Positions 32,396-41,476 of a DNA stretch of 62,377 bases are shown here, piece after piece; the stretch's first letter is position 1; each line of letters opens with the position of its first letter. Origin of the DNA: Acidobacteriota bacterium (GTDB lineage: Bacteria; Acidobacteriota; Terriglobia; Bryobacterales; Bryobacteraceae). A program made the position numbers and the translations under genes. The stretch spans positions 1 through 62,377 of the forward strand of contig JACOSH010000079.1 in the NCBI GenBank assembly GCA_016178945.1, given 5' to 3'. The notes under the pieces are model-generated. The model was given only the letters and a program-made list of their open reading frames with translations. It ran no database searches and was not told where the DNA came from.

Positions 32396-34045
32396 CTAGC
32401 GCCCGCCTTGCAGATACCATCGGGCCACCACCTCCATGGCCGGCTTGCCCCAGGGCGTGTGTGAGCCGTCCTCCGGGCCGCCTCGGCCGTTGGTCCCCAC
32501 TTTCCACCAGTAGACGCCGTGAAACCAGGGCTTGCTGTAAAAAGCGCGCAGGAGGGCTTCGTAGCAGCGGGCCTGTTCGGCGGGGGCCAGGGCGCGCGGC
32601 GTCTCGTCCCAGGGCGCGCGATGCGGGTCTTTGAAGCTGCAGAAACCGGCCTCGGGAAATACTACCGGACGCTGGAAGCGGCGCTGCACTTCTTCCACTT
32701 TCCGGACCACCGCGCCGGTCGCCAGGTCATCGGGAAGCGGATAGTAGTTGTTCAAGCCGATATAGTCGAGCGCGTCCCAGAAGCGGATGGTTTCGAATTC
32801 CTCACCCTGGATGGCGGCGTAGGTGAGCGGGCCCGCGTACAACTGCCGGGCGCGGGAGATCAGCTTGCGCCACTCCGCCTCATAGGGGGTCATCCGCCGC
32901 AGCTCCACGCCGACGCAGAAGATGTCCGCGTGCATCTTGGCGGCCTGCCCGGACCAGTATTCCAGGAACCGCCGGTACTGCTCGAACCACGCGGCGCGGT
33001 CTTCGGGCTTGTCGAAATGCAGGTCGCCGACGAAGCCGCGTCCCCAAAGCTGCGGCTTGAGCATCACCTTCATGCCCCGCTGGTGCGCCTGGGAGGCGAT
33101 GGCTTCGATCAATTCGGCGCGCTCCCAGCCGCCGCCGAATCCCACGCGGGGCTGCTCCTTGGAGAAGAATCCGTAGGGCACCAGGGCCACCGAGTCCACG
33201 CCGCGCCGGCGAAGCTCGTCCAGCATCTTCGCGCTGAAGCGCGGATCGTATCCGCGGGGCCCCTCGGCGGTGAGGTTGACGCCCTTCTGGAAAAACTGCT
33301 TGGGATACGGCAGCGCCGGATCGGGCCGAGGCAACGCGGCCGAGAAAGCGGCCACCTGCTTTTCGCGTGCGTTGCGCATGGTCCGGTCGGCGGCGGACGT
33401 AGATCCGGCCAGCGCCAGGCTTGCGGCGACCCCGGCCGCGGCCAGACGCCAGCGCGGGCTACTCAGGTGGAGTCCCACGCGCATCGGCGCCGAGACCAGC
33501 AGCGATGCCGCCAGGCTGGGGCCCAGGTACAGACTGAGAAACCGGAAATCGCTCCGGGCGCCCATCAGACCTAAGACCAAAGCGAGAGGAACCAGGTAGC
33601 CGCCTAGCAGCACGGCCAGTCTCGACCAGTAGGTGGAGGCCGCCACACCCGACAGCATCCAGGCCAAGCCGAGCAACAACAGGCAGAAGTAGGGGCCGGC
33701 CGCGACCTTCGCCCACGCGGGCAACGGCGCCGGTCGAAACCAACCAAACAAGGGCTGGATTAGCGCTTCGTGGCCCAGGCGGGCCAGGAACAAGCCGGCC
33801 AGCAGGCGGTGCTTTCGCAAGGCTAACCCGGAGACGAGAGCGGCCGCGCCGATCGCCGCGGCTTGCAGCCCATGACCGGGAGCCGGATCGCCGCCGGCCC
33901 AGACGTTGAGCGGCCCGCATCTCAAATCCACGAGCTGCCCGCCCAGCAGGCCCGCCGCGGCCAGCGCCGGCAGCACGCGCACCGCGAACATCGCCAGCCA
34001 CCAGGCCGGATAGAAGAACGCGGCGCAGCAAACCACGGAAGTCAT
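32396..34045 (-). CDS. membrane-anchored clan GH-A-like glycoside hydrolase (TIM barrel)
   Basis: 549 aa. About 230 aa of N-terminal TM helices precede a soluble domain. That domain has candidate acid/base FCVGVELRRM and nucleophile VVFPEAGFCS glutamates spaced as in GH5/GH113-type enzymes. Confidence 0.5.
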   Translation of the reverse strand: MTSVVCCAAFFYPAWWLAMFAVRVLPALAAAGLLGGQLVDLRCGPLNVWAGGDPAPGHGLQAAAIGAAALVSGLALRKHRLLAGLFLARLGHEALIQPLFGWFRPAPLPAWAKVAAGPYFCLLLLGLAWMLSGVAASTYWSRLAVLLGGYLVPLALVLGLMGARSDFRFLSLYLGPSLAASLLVSAPMRVGLHLSSPRWRLAAAGVAASLALAGSTSAADRTMRNAREKQVAAFSAALPRPDPALPYPKQFFQKGVNLTAEGPRGYDPRFSAKMLDELRRRGVDSVALVPYGFFSKEQPRVGFGGGWERAELIEAIASQAHQRGMKVMLKPQLWGRGFVGDLHFDKPEDRAAWFEQYRRFLEYWSGQAAKMHADIFCVGVELRRMTPYEAEWRKLISRARQLYAGPLTYAAIQGEEFETIRFWDALDYIGLNNYYPLPDDLATGAVVRKVEEVQRRFQRPVVFPEAGFCSFKDPHRAPWDETPRALAPAEQARCYEALLRAFYSKPWFHGVYWWKVGTNGRGGPEDGSHTPWGKPAMEVVARWYLQGGR

Positions 34046-34051
34046 GGGCGG

Positions 34052-35254
34052 CTAATAAGGGCTGAGAGCCTGCGCCGCGGCTGGCACGGGCGCTCCCAGG
34101 ATCTTGGCCACTTCCTTCTTCAGCGGGCCGACGCTCTTCGCGTAGATCATCTTGTAGGCCTGGCAGAAGTAGTCCAGATCCTCGAATTGGCCGTGCCGCC
34201 CGTGGCGCAGCTTCGGGCAGCCGCCATGACAGATCGACTGGTACTCGCATACCTGGCACTCCGGGTGCGCCAGGGTCTTCTTGGCGGCGAAGGTGTAGCG
34301 CGTCTGGCGCCGGGCGATTTCCGCCCAGGACTGCGTCTGGATGTTGCCCAGCTTCCAGCTTTTCTCGACGAAGAAATCGCAGGGATAGACGTCGCCATTG
34401 TATTCGACCACCACGTAGCTGTCGCAGGTCTCGTGCATCGTGCAGTTGCCGGGCTTCTGCCCGGCCAGGGCCTCGGCGATGTTATCGAAGAAGCGAATCC
34501 GCACCCGGCGGCGGTCCGGCCACCACAGGTCGAAAGTCTCGCAGAGAAAACGCCCGTACTGCTCGGGCGCGATGGTGAAGGGCAGGGGCTGGCCCTGGTG
34601 ATCGAACTCGGCCAGCGGGATGTACTGGATGTAATCGATGCCGAGCGAGCGGAAAAACTTATACACCTCCTTGGGGTTCTCGACGTTGGCCTGGCTCAGC
34701 ACGCACAGGACGTTGAACTCGACCTTGTTCTTCTTCAGCGTCTCCATGCCCTGCATGACCTTCTGCCAGGTGCCCCGCCCCTGCTTGTTGAAGCGGTAGC
34801 GGTCGTGCATCTCCTCGGGACCGTCCACCGACAGCCCGATCAGCCAGTTGTACTCGTGGAACAGGCGGCACCAGCGATCGTCGAGCAGGATGCCGTTTGT
34901 CTGGAGCGCGTTCGACACGTTCTGGCCGTCGCGCCCATACTGCTTCTGCAACTCGCACAGCTTCTCGAAAAACGCCGCGCCGGCCAGGGTGGGCTCGCCG
35001 CCCTGAAAGGCGAACACGCTGTTGGGATACGAGTAGAACAGATAGGAATCGACCAGGCGCTCCAGGGTCTCCTCGGTCATCCGGCGCGCCGGAAGCGCCT
35101 TGTAGGGATCGGCCTCGCGATCCAGGTAGAAGCAGTAGGCGCAGTCCAGATTGCATACCGCCGAGGCCGGCTTGATCAGCAGCGAGCTGATGCGCGGCAC
35201 CGGGCCCAGCAGGCTGGCGGTGTTCTCGCCCAGGATCGGAAAGGCCGACGCCAT
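34052..35254 (-). CDS. anaerobic sulfatase-maturase-type radical SAM/SPASM enzyme
   Basis: The start is trimmed to ATG 35254. LLIKPASAVCNLDCAYCFY (CX3CX2C), FQGGEPTLAG and a C-terminal Cys-rich SPASM region (CDSYVVVEYNGDVYPCD, CQVCEYQSICHGGCP) are present. Confidence 0.8.
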   Translation of the reverse strand: MASAFPILGENTASLLGPVPRISSLLIKPASAVCNLDCAYCFYLDREADPYKALPARRMTEETLERLVDSYLFYSYPNSVFAFQGGEPTLAGAAFFEKLCELQKQYGRDGQNVSNALQTNGILLDDRWCRLFHEYNWLIGLSVDGPEEMHDRYRFNKQGRGTWQKVMQGMETLKKNKVEFNVLCVLSQANVENPKEVYKFFRSLGIDYIQYIPLAEFDHQGQPLPFTIAPEQYGRFLCETFDLWWPDRRRVRIRFFDNIAEALAGQKPGNCTMHETCDSYVVVEYNGDVYPCDFFVEKSWKLGNIQTQSWAEIARRQTRYTFAAKKTLAHPECQVCEYQSICHGGCPKLRHGRHGQFEDLDYFCQAYKMIYAKSVGPLKKEVAKILGAPVPAAAQALSPY

Positions 35255-35281
35255 GGGAAGAGTGTACCATCGCGGGGCTGG

Positions 35282-35360
35282 CCGCTTGCTGACGCGCGCG
35301 GCTCGGAGCCATTCGTGCTGCAACGAATGCACCCACAGAGCCGCGCGCGTAAGCAAGCGG
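35282..35360. repeat. 79-nt nested palindromic (REP-like) element in the anSME/allB divergent intergenic region
   Basis: The arms CCGCTTGCTGACGCGCGCGGCTC (35282-35304) and GAGCCGCGCGCGTAAGCAAGCGG (35338-35360) are reverse complements with one mismatch. An inner hairpin CATTCGT-GCTGCA-ACGAATG lies at 35310-35329. Confidence 0.6.
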
Positions 35361-35396
35361 TGCGATTTTCAACCACTGACTGCTAGACTGCGGGTA

Positions 35397-36683
35397 ATGG
35401 ATGTGGTGATTCGAAGCCGCCACGTGGAGACCACCAGCGGTGTGGCTCCAGCCTCGATCCACATTCGTGACGGCCGCATCGCCGAAGTGGCTGCCTGGGA
35501 TGCTCTTCCCTCCGGCTGCCCGCTTCGCGATTTTGGCGACGCCATGGTGATGCCCGGGCTGGTCGACACGCACGTTCACATCAACGAGCCGGGACGCACG
35601 GAGTGGGAGGGCTTTGAGACCGCCACCCGCGCGGCGGCGGCCGGCGGCGTGACCACCCTGGTCGAGATGCCGCTCAACAGCATTCCCGCCACCACCACAG
35701 TGGCCGGTCTGGCCGCCAAGCGCGAGGCGGCGCGCGGGAAATGCGCGGTCGACACCTTCTTCTGGGGCGGCGTCGTCCCGGGGAACACGGGAGAATTGCG
35801 CGGGCTCTACCGGGACGGGGTCCTGGGCTTCAAGTGTTTCCTGGCGCCCTCCGGCGTCGAGGAGTTCCCGTGCGTCTCGGAAGCGGACCTGCGTGAAGCC
35901 ATGCCCGTGCTCACCGGGCTCGGCGCGGTGCTGCTGGTGCATGCCGAGCTGGCCGGCTCGCTGCGGCCCGTGGCCGGGGATCCGCGCCAGTACGCCAGCT
36001 ATCTGGCCTCGCGGCCGCCCGCGGCCGAGCACGAGGCCATCGCGCTGATGATCCGGCTGTGCCGGGAATTCGGAACCCGCGTCCACATCGTCCATCTCTC
36101 TTCCGCCGATGCTCTGCCGATGCTGCGCGAAGCCCGCGCGGAAGGCTTGCCCGTCACCGTCGAGACCTGCCCGCACTACCTCACCTTCGCGGCCGAGGAG
36201 ATCCCCGACGGCGCCACGGAGCTCAAGTGCGCGCCGCCCATCCGCGGGCGCGACAACCGGGAGAAGCTGTGGGCGGCCCTTCTCGACGGCACGATCGACC
36301 TGATCGCCAGCGATCACTCCCCCTGCCCACCGTCCATGAAGCGCGGCGATTTCGCCGGCGCCTGGGGCGGCATCGCCTCTTTGCAGCACGGCCTGCCGGC
36401 GGTGTGGACCGGCATGCGGCGCCGCGGCATCGGCCTCGAGAAGCTGGCCGGCTGGATGTGCGGCGCGCCGGCCCGTCTGGCTGGACTCTCGTCCCGGAAA
36501 GGCCGGATCGCCGCGGGCTTCGATGCCGACCTGGTGGTCTGGAACCCGGAAGCCCGCGCCGCCACCGGCACGTTGCATTACCGCCATAAGCTCACGCCCT
36601 ACTCTGGCGTGGAACTCTACGGCGCGGTCGAAGCCACCTTTCTGTGCGGTAATCTGGTGCCTGGATGCAGTTCAGCGAGCTAG
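35397..36683 (+). CDS. allB: allantoinase
   Basis: ATG 35397 (MDVVIRS...). The cyclic amidohydrolase motifs PGLVDTHVHINEPGRTEWEG and GFKCF (carboxylated Lys) are present, followed by VHAEL and IVHLSS. Confidence 0.85.
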   Translation: MDVVIRSRHVETTSGVAPASIHIRDGRIAEVAAWDALPSGCPLRDFGDAMVMPGLVDTHVHINEPGRTEWEGFETATRAAAAGGVTTLVEMPLNSIPATTTVAGLAAKREAARGKCAVDTFFWGGVVPGNTGELRGLYRDGVLGFKCFLAPSGVEEFPCVSEADLREAMPVLTGLGAVLLVHAELAGSLRPVAGDPRQYASYLASRPPAAEHEAIALMIRLCREFGTRVHIVHLSSADALPMLREARAEGLPVTVETCPHYLTFAAEEIPDGATELKCAPPIRGRDNREKLWAALLDGTIDLIASDHSPCPPSMKRGDFAGAWGGIASLQHGLPAVWTGMRRRGIGLEKLAGWMCGAPARLAGLSSRKGRIAAGFDADLVVWNPEARAATGTLHYRHKLTPYSGVELYGAVEATFLCGNLVPGCSSAS

Positions 36684-38029
36684 TGGATCTGGCCTCCGAG
36701 CGGGTCGGCGGATCCGTGATCGAAGCCAATGACGAGTTCTTTGCGCCCAAAGAGAACCTGCTCCGGCCCGCCCGGCCCGTCTTCGTCGAAGGCAAGTACA
36801 CCGACCGCGGCAAGTGGATGGACGGCTGGGAAACGCGCCGCCGCCGCACGCCAGGCCACGACTGGGCGATCATCCGCCTGGGGCTTCCAGGCATCCCGCG
36901 CGGCGTGGTGGTGGACACCAGCTTCTTTCGGGGCAACTACCCGGAGCACTGCTCCATCGAAGCGCGAGACGCCGCGGTGTCCGGGGAGTGGAAGGAGATG
37001 CTCCCGCTCTCGCGGCTCCAGGGCGACTCGGAGAATCCCTTCCCGATCGACTGGGACGAGCGCGTGACCCACCTGCGCTTCAACATTTTTCCCGACGGCG
37101 GTGTCGCCCGCCTGCGCGTCCACGGCCACGTCGTCCCCTCGTGGCCGGATGCGGGCGAAGTGGATCTGGCGGCGGTGGAGAATGGCGGGCTGGTCGCCGA
37201 GTCCAGCGACATGTTCTTCGGCTCCCGCCACAACCTGATCATGCCGGGCCGCGCGGCCAACATGAGCGACGGTTGGGAAACGCGCCGCCGCCGGGGGCCC
37301 GGCCACGACTGGTGTGTGATCCAACTGGGCACTCCCGGAATCATCCACCGGGTCGAGGTGGACACCGCGCACTTCAAGGGCAACTTTCCCGAGAGCTGCT
37401 CGCTTGAAACCGTCGATGGCGGCATCCTCCTCGCGCGCACCCGGCTGGAAGCGGACACGCGGCGCTTTCTTGAGAGTGAGATCGAGCGTACCGGCCCGCT
37501 CGCGCGGGTGCGCTTCAACATCTTCCCCGATGGCGGCGTCAGCCGGCTGCGCCTGTGGGGCCGGCCCCAACTGCGGATCTTCAGCGAAGAGGAGCTGCTG
37601 GCTTGCTGTGGATCCCGGAGCTGGGCGAAGCGCATGGCGGCCGAGCAGCCCTTCCGGCACCTGGAAGCCATGGCCGCCGCCGCGGACCGCATCTGGGCGG
37701 AGTCCTCGCTCCAGGATCGGCTGGAGGCCTTCGCCGCTCACCCGCGCATTGGGGACGCCACCGCCGGCCGCTGGTCGCGCCAGGAACAGTCCGCCGCCGC
37801 CCAGTCGCCGCCCGAGGTTTGGGCCCGGCTGGCAGAGGCCAACCGCGCCTATGAGGCCCGTTTCGGCCATATCTTCCTGGTGTGCGCCACCGGCAAGAGC
37901 GCCGGCGAGATCCTGGACATCCTGGAGCGGCGCTTGGCCAACCACCCGGAGACCGAGATCCGGATGGCCGCCGAAGAGCAGCGCAAGATCACGCGCTTGA
38001 GGCTGCGCAAACTGGAGGGCGGAGCATGA
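36665..38029 (+). CDS. allantoicase fused to OHCU decarboxylase (bifunctional)
   Basis: 454 aa. Two allantoicase repeats are present (WMDGWETRRRRTPGHDW and MSDGWETRRRRGPGHDW, each followed by FNIFPDGGV.RLR). From about nt 37570 there is an OHCU decarboxylase domain (AFAAHPRIGD, SRQEQSAA, FGHIFLVCATGKSAGEIL). Confidence 0.8.
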   Translation: MQFSELVDLASERVGGSVIEANDEFFAPKENLLRPARPVFVEGKYTDRGKWMDGWETRRRRTPGHDWAIIRLGLPGIPRGVVVDTSFFRGNYPEHCSIEARDAAVSGEWKEMLPLSRLQGDSENPFPIDWDERVTHLRFNIFPDGGVARLRVHGHVVPSWPDAGEVDLAAVENGGLVAESSDMFFGSRHNLIMPGRAANMSDGWETRRRRGPGHDWCVIQLGTPGIIHRVEVDTAHFKGNFPESCSLETVDGGILLARTRLEADTRRFLESEIERTGPLARVRFNIFPDGGVSRLRLWGRPQLRIFSEEELLACCGSRSWAKRMAAEQPFRHLEAMAAAADRIWAESSLQDRLEAFAAHPRIGDATAGRWSRQEQSAAAQSPPEVWARLAEANRAYEARFGHIFLVCATGKSAGEILDILERRLANHPETEIRMAAEEQRKITRLRLRKLEGGA

Positions 38030-38349
38030 TCACGACCCATGTTCTCGACACGACTCAGGGCCAGCCCGCGGCCGGTATCGCCGTCACCCTGGCGGTCCGG
38101 CAAGACGCGGATTGGCGCACGCTGGCGCACGCCGTCACCGACCAGGATGGGCGCGTCCGCGCCCTGCTGCCGCCCGATTCGCCGCTGGCCCTGGGGATCT
38201 ACCGCCTCGCCTTCGACACTGGCGCCTACTTCCCGGCCGGCCTGTACCCGGAAGTCATCATCGTCTTTGCCGTGCGGGATGCGACGCGCCCCTACCACAT
38301 CCCGCTCCTGCTGAATCCGTACGGGTACACTACATATCGGGGGAGCTAA
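38026..38349 (+). CDS. uraH: 5-hydroxyisourate hydrolase (transthyretin-like)
   Basis: ATGA overlap with the upstream stop. It reads MITTHVLDTTQGQPAAG and has the C-terminal YRGS signature. Confidence 0.85.
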   Translation: MITTHVLDTTQGQPAAGIAVTLAVRQDADWRTLAHAVTDQDGRVRALLPPDSPLALGIYRLAFDTGAYFPAGLYPEVIIVFAVRDATRPYHIPLLLNPYGYTTYRGS

Positions 38350-39174
38350 ATGGTGATTGGCGCTCACAGCTACGGAAAATCGCGCGTCCGCCTGGTGCAG
38401 GTGACGCGCCACGCCGATCGCGACGACCTGCGCGAGCTGACCGTGCACATCCGCCTGGAAGGCGATTTCGCCGCCGCCCACATCCACGGCGACAACCGCA
38501 ACATCCTGCCCACCGACACCATGAAAAACACGGTGTACGCGCTGGCCAAGGACCACGGTCACGAGCAGATCGAGGAATTCGGCCTGCGCCTGGCCGGTCA
38601 CTTCCTGACCCACAATCCGCAAGTGTCCCGCGCCACCGTCGACCTCACCGAGCATCCCTGGAGCCGCATGCGGCCGCACGCTTTCGCCCGCGGCGGCGTG
38701 GAGCGGCGCACCGCCTCGGTCACCAGCGCTCCGGAAACGGCGGTCGTCACCGCCGGCATCGACGACCTGCTGGTGCTCAAGACCCGAGGCTCCGCGTTCG
38801 AAGGGTTCGTCGAAGACCGCTACACCACCCTGCAGCCGGCCGGCGACCGGCTCCTGGCCACCTCCATCCAGGCGCGCTGGACCTACCAGCATCAGGATCT
38901 ACGCTTCGGGCAGGTCTGGCGCGGCGCGCGCCAGGTTCTGCTGGACACCTTCGCCGAGCACCAAAGCCAGTCGGTGCAGCACACCGCTTATGCCATGGGG
39001 GAAGCCGTTCTCGGCGCGTTCGAGGAGATCGGCGAGATCCGGTTGTCGCTCCCCAACCGGCACTGCCTGCTGGTGGACCTGGCGCCGTTTGGCCTGGCCA
39101 ATAACAACGAGGTCTTCCTGCCGGTGGATGAGCCGCACGGCCTGATCGAGGTCACCGTAAAGAAGGGCTCGTGA
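38350..39174 (+). CDS. uox: cofactor-independent urate oxidase (uricase)
   Basis: 274 aa. YGKSRVRLV and NILPTDTMKNTVYALAK are uricase signatures. It starts immediately after the uraH stop. Confidence 0.8.
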   Translation: MVIGAHSYGKSRVRLVQVTRHADRDDLRELTVHIRLEGDFAAAHIHGDNRNILPTDTMKNTVYALAKDHGHEQIEEFGLRLAGHFLTHNPQVSRATVDLTEHPWSRMRPHAFARGGVERRTASVTSAPETAVVTAGIDDLLVLKTRGSAFEGFVEDRYTTLQPAGDRLLATSIQARWTYQHQDLRFGQVWRGARQVLLDTFAEHQSQSVQHTAYAMGEAVLGAFEEIGEIRLSLPNRHCLLVDLAPFGLANNNEVFLPVDEPHGLIEVTVKKGS

Positions 39175-39226
39175 TACGATGAAGAAAACCGCCTCGGGCA
39201 GCAACCTACCGAAGGGAGCACCGCGC

Positions 39227-40168
39227 ATGCTGATCAAGATTCCAAAGGGCTGGGAGATTCCGGAGCGGGAGGCCACGCCGGAGAGCGTCTACCTGAACCG
39301 CCGCCAGTGGCTGCAGGCCGCCGGCTTCCTGGGCGCACAGGGCCTGCTCGCCGCGGCCACCGAGTCCAAGAGCCCCTACCCCGCCAAACGCAACCCGGAG
39401 TTTGCCAAGGGCGATCATCCCATCACCGAAGAGTGGGCCGCCACCGGCTACAACAACTTTTACGAGTTCGACCCCAACAACAAGGAAGCCGTGAAGGACA
39501 AAGTCGGGGCCTTCGTGACCAGCCCGTGGACCATCGAAGTGACCGGCCTGGTTAACAAGAAGAAGACGCTGGACGTGGAAGAGCTGGTGCGCACCCTGCC
39601 GCTGGAAGAGCGCGTCTACCGCTTCCGTTGCGTCGAGGCCTGGTCGATGACGGTGCCCTGGACCGGCTTCCCCATGTCCGAGCTGATCAAGCTGTGCGAC
39701 CCCAAGCCCAACGCCAAGTACGTGCGCTGGACCACCGTGAACCGTCCCGATCAGATGCCCGGGATCAAGCAGGCCAACTGGTATCCCTGGCCGTACTTCG
39801 AGGCGCTGCGCCTGGATGAGGCCATGAATCCGCTGGCCATGATCGTCACCGGCCTCTACGGCAAGCCTTTGCCCAAACAGAACGGCGCGCCCATCCGGGT
39901 GATTACGCCCTGGAAGTACGGCTACAAGAGCGCCAAGTCGATTGTGAAAATCGAGTTCACCTCCGGCCAGCCCGAGACCTTCTGGCACAAGCTGCAGCCG
40001 CTGGAATACGGCTTCTACTCCAACGTCAATCCCCACAAACCTCACCCGCGCTGGTCGCAGGCCTTCGACAAGATAATTCCGCGCATGGAGCGCGTCCCTA
40101 CCCCGATGTACAACGGCTACGAGAAGTGGGTTGGCGGTCTGTACAAGGGCGACCCGGACAAGATTTGA
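39227..40168 (+). CDS. msrP: protein-methionine-sulfoxide reductase catalytic subunit MsrP (YedY)
   Basis: Tat motif NRRQWLQAAG. YRFRCVEAWSMTVPWTGF and the molybdopterin-oxidoreductase fold follow. ATG 39227 aligns better with E. coli MsrP than 39179 does. Confidence 0.85.
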   Translation: MLIKIPKGWEIPEREATPESVYLNRRQWLQAAGFLGAQGLLAAATESKSPYPAKRNPEFAKGDHPITEEWAATGYNNFYEFDPNNKEAVKDKVGAFVTSPWTIEVTGLVNKKKTLDVEELVRTLPLEERVYRFRCVEAWSMTVPWTGFPMSELIKLCDPKPNAKYVRWTTVNRPDQMPGIKQANWYPWPYFEALRLDEAMNPLAMIVTGLYGKPLPKQNGAPIRVITPWKYGYKSAKSIVKIEFTSGQPETFWHKLQPLEYGFYSNVNPHKPHPRWSQAFDKIIPRMERVPTPMYNGYEKWVGGLYKGDPDKI

Positions 40169-41328
40169 CCGATCGCCTCTACTACACCGATTCCTACCTC
40201 CGCGAGTTTCGCGCCTCCATCGTCGACCGCGCCGGGGACGGCTGCCGCCTGTACCTGGATCGCACCGCCTTCTATCCCACTTCGGGCGGCCAGCCCTTCG
40301 ATACGGGTCTCATCGCGGGCGCGCCGGTCGTGGATGTGGTCGATGAAGGCGACCGCATCGCGCATGTGCTGGCCGAGCCCGTGGACGCCGCCGGCGAAGC
40401 CGAGTGCCGGATCGATTGGGACCGTCGCTTCGACCACATGCAGCAGCACAGCGGCCAGCACCTGCTCTCCGCCGTGTTCGCCGAGCTGTTCGCCCTGCCC
40501 ACCGTGAGTGTCCATTTCGGCGCGGACAGCGCAACCCTGGATCTGGAAGCGCCCTCTCTCGGCGCGGACCAGATCCTGGACGCCGAGATCCGCGCCAACC
40601 GGTTGGTCTGCGAAAACCGCCCGATCTCGGTGGCCTTCGCCGAATCCTCCGCCGATCTGGGACTACGCAAGGCCTCGCAGCGCGAGGGCTCCGTGCGGAT
40701 CGTCGTCATCGACGGGCTGGACCGCAGCGCCTGCGGCGGCACGCATGTTCGCGCCACCGGAGAGATCGGCCCCATCTTCCTCCGCAAGCAGGACAAGGTG
40801 CGGAACTCGGTGCGCGTCGAGTTTTTATGCGGCCTGCGCGCTTTCCGCCGCGCCCGCGCCGACTTCCAGGCCTTGTCGCAGGTGGCGCAGGTCTTCTCCG
40901 GCCTGCTGGACGATGCGCCGGAGCTGGTCCGCGCCCAGTCCGAGAGCCTCCGTGCCCTGGAAAAGCAGCGCCGGGCCTTGGAATCCGAGCTGGCCGCCTT
41001 CCAGGGACGCGATCTGTATGAGCGCACCGCGCCGGATCCTGCCGGACTGCGCCGCGCGGTCGAGCGCCGGGCCTGCGGGCCGCTCGATGGCCTACGCGGC
41101 CTGGCCCAGAGCTTCTGCTCGCGCCCCCGGGCGATCTTTGTCGGGATCGTCGAGGAGCCCCCCTCTCTCCTGCTGGCAACTTCGGAAGACTCCGGTTGCG
41201 ACGCCGGCAAGACCCTGCGGGCCGCCCTGACCGCTGCCGGCGGTCGCGGCGGCGGCTCCGCCCGGCTGGCGCAGGGCAGTGTCCCGTCCCGCCAGGCGAT
41301 CGAGCCCGTACTAGCCGCTCTACAGTAA
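40165..41328 (+). CDS. alaX: alanyl-tRNA editing protein (AlaX-L type, with DHHA1-like C-terminus)
   Basis: TTG 40165 overlaps the msrP stop. LYYTDSYLREF, the HxxxH zinc motif MQQHSGQHLL and the CGGTHV motif are present. Confidence 0.75.
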   Translation: MTDRLYYTDSYLREFRASIVDRAGDGCRLYLDRTAFYPTSGGQPFDTGLIAGAPVVDVVDEGDRIAHVLAEPVDAAGEAECRIDWDRRFDHMQQHSGQHLLSAVFAELFALPTVSVHFGADSATLDLEAPSLGADQILDAEIRANRLVCENRPISVAFAESSADLGLRKASQREGSVRIVVIDGLDRSACGGTHVRATGEIGPIFLRKQDKVRNSVRVEFLCGLRAFRRARADFQALSQVAQVFSGLLDDAPELVRAQSESLRALEKQRRALESELAAFQGRDLYERTAPDPAGLRRAVERRACGPLDGLRGLAQSFCSRPRAIFVGIVEEPPSLLLATSEDSGCDAGKTLRAALTAAGGRGGGSARLAQGSVPSRQAIEPVLAALQ

Positions 41329-41476
41329 AGCCGGGAGGAGGGGAGAATCGCTTTCCCGGAATCCGGAAAACTTGCCAAAGTCCCGTGCAGGGAATTGGCG
41401 ACTCAGTTGAAAACCTTAGTCCTATGGTTTGGAAGGAGAGTTGCTATCTCAGTACCGGCGCGGTGCGTCTTTGGCG

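Noticed and set aside
34659-36587. 642-aa minus-strand ORF opposite allB and part of the anSME gene
   Set aside because: It is a shadow ORF that crosses the divergent intergenic region containing the palindromic repeat. It has no motifs and an R/G/A/P-rich composition.
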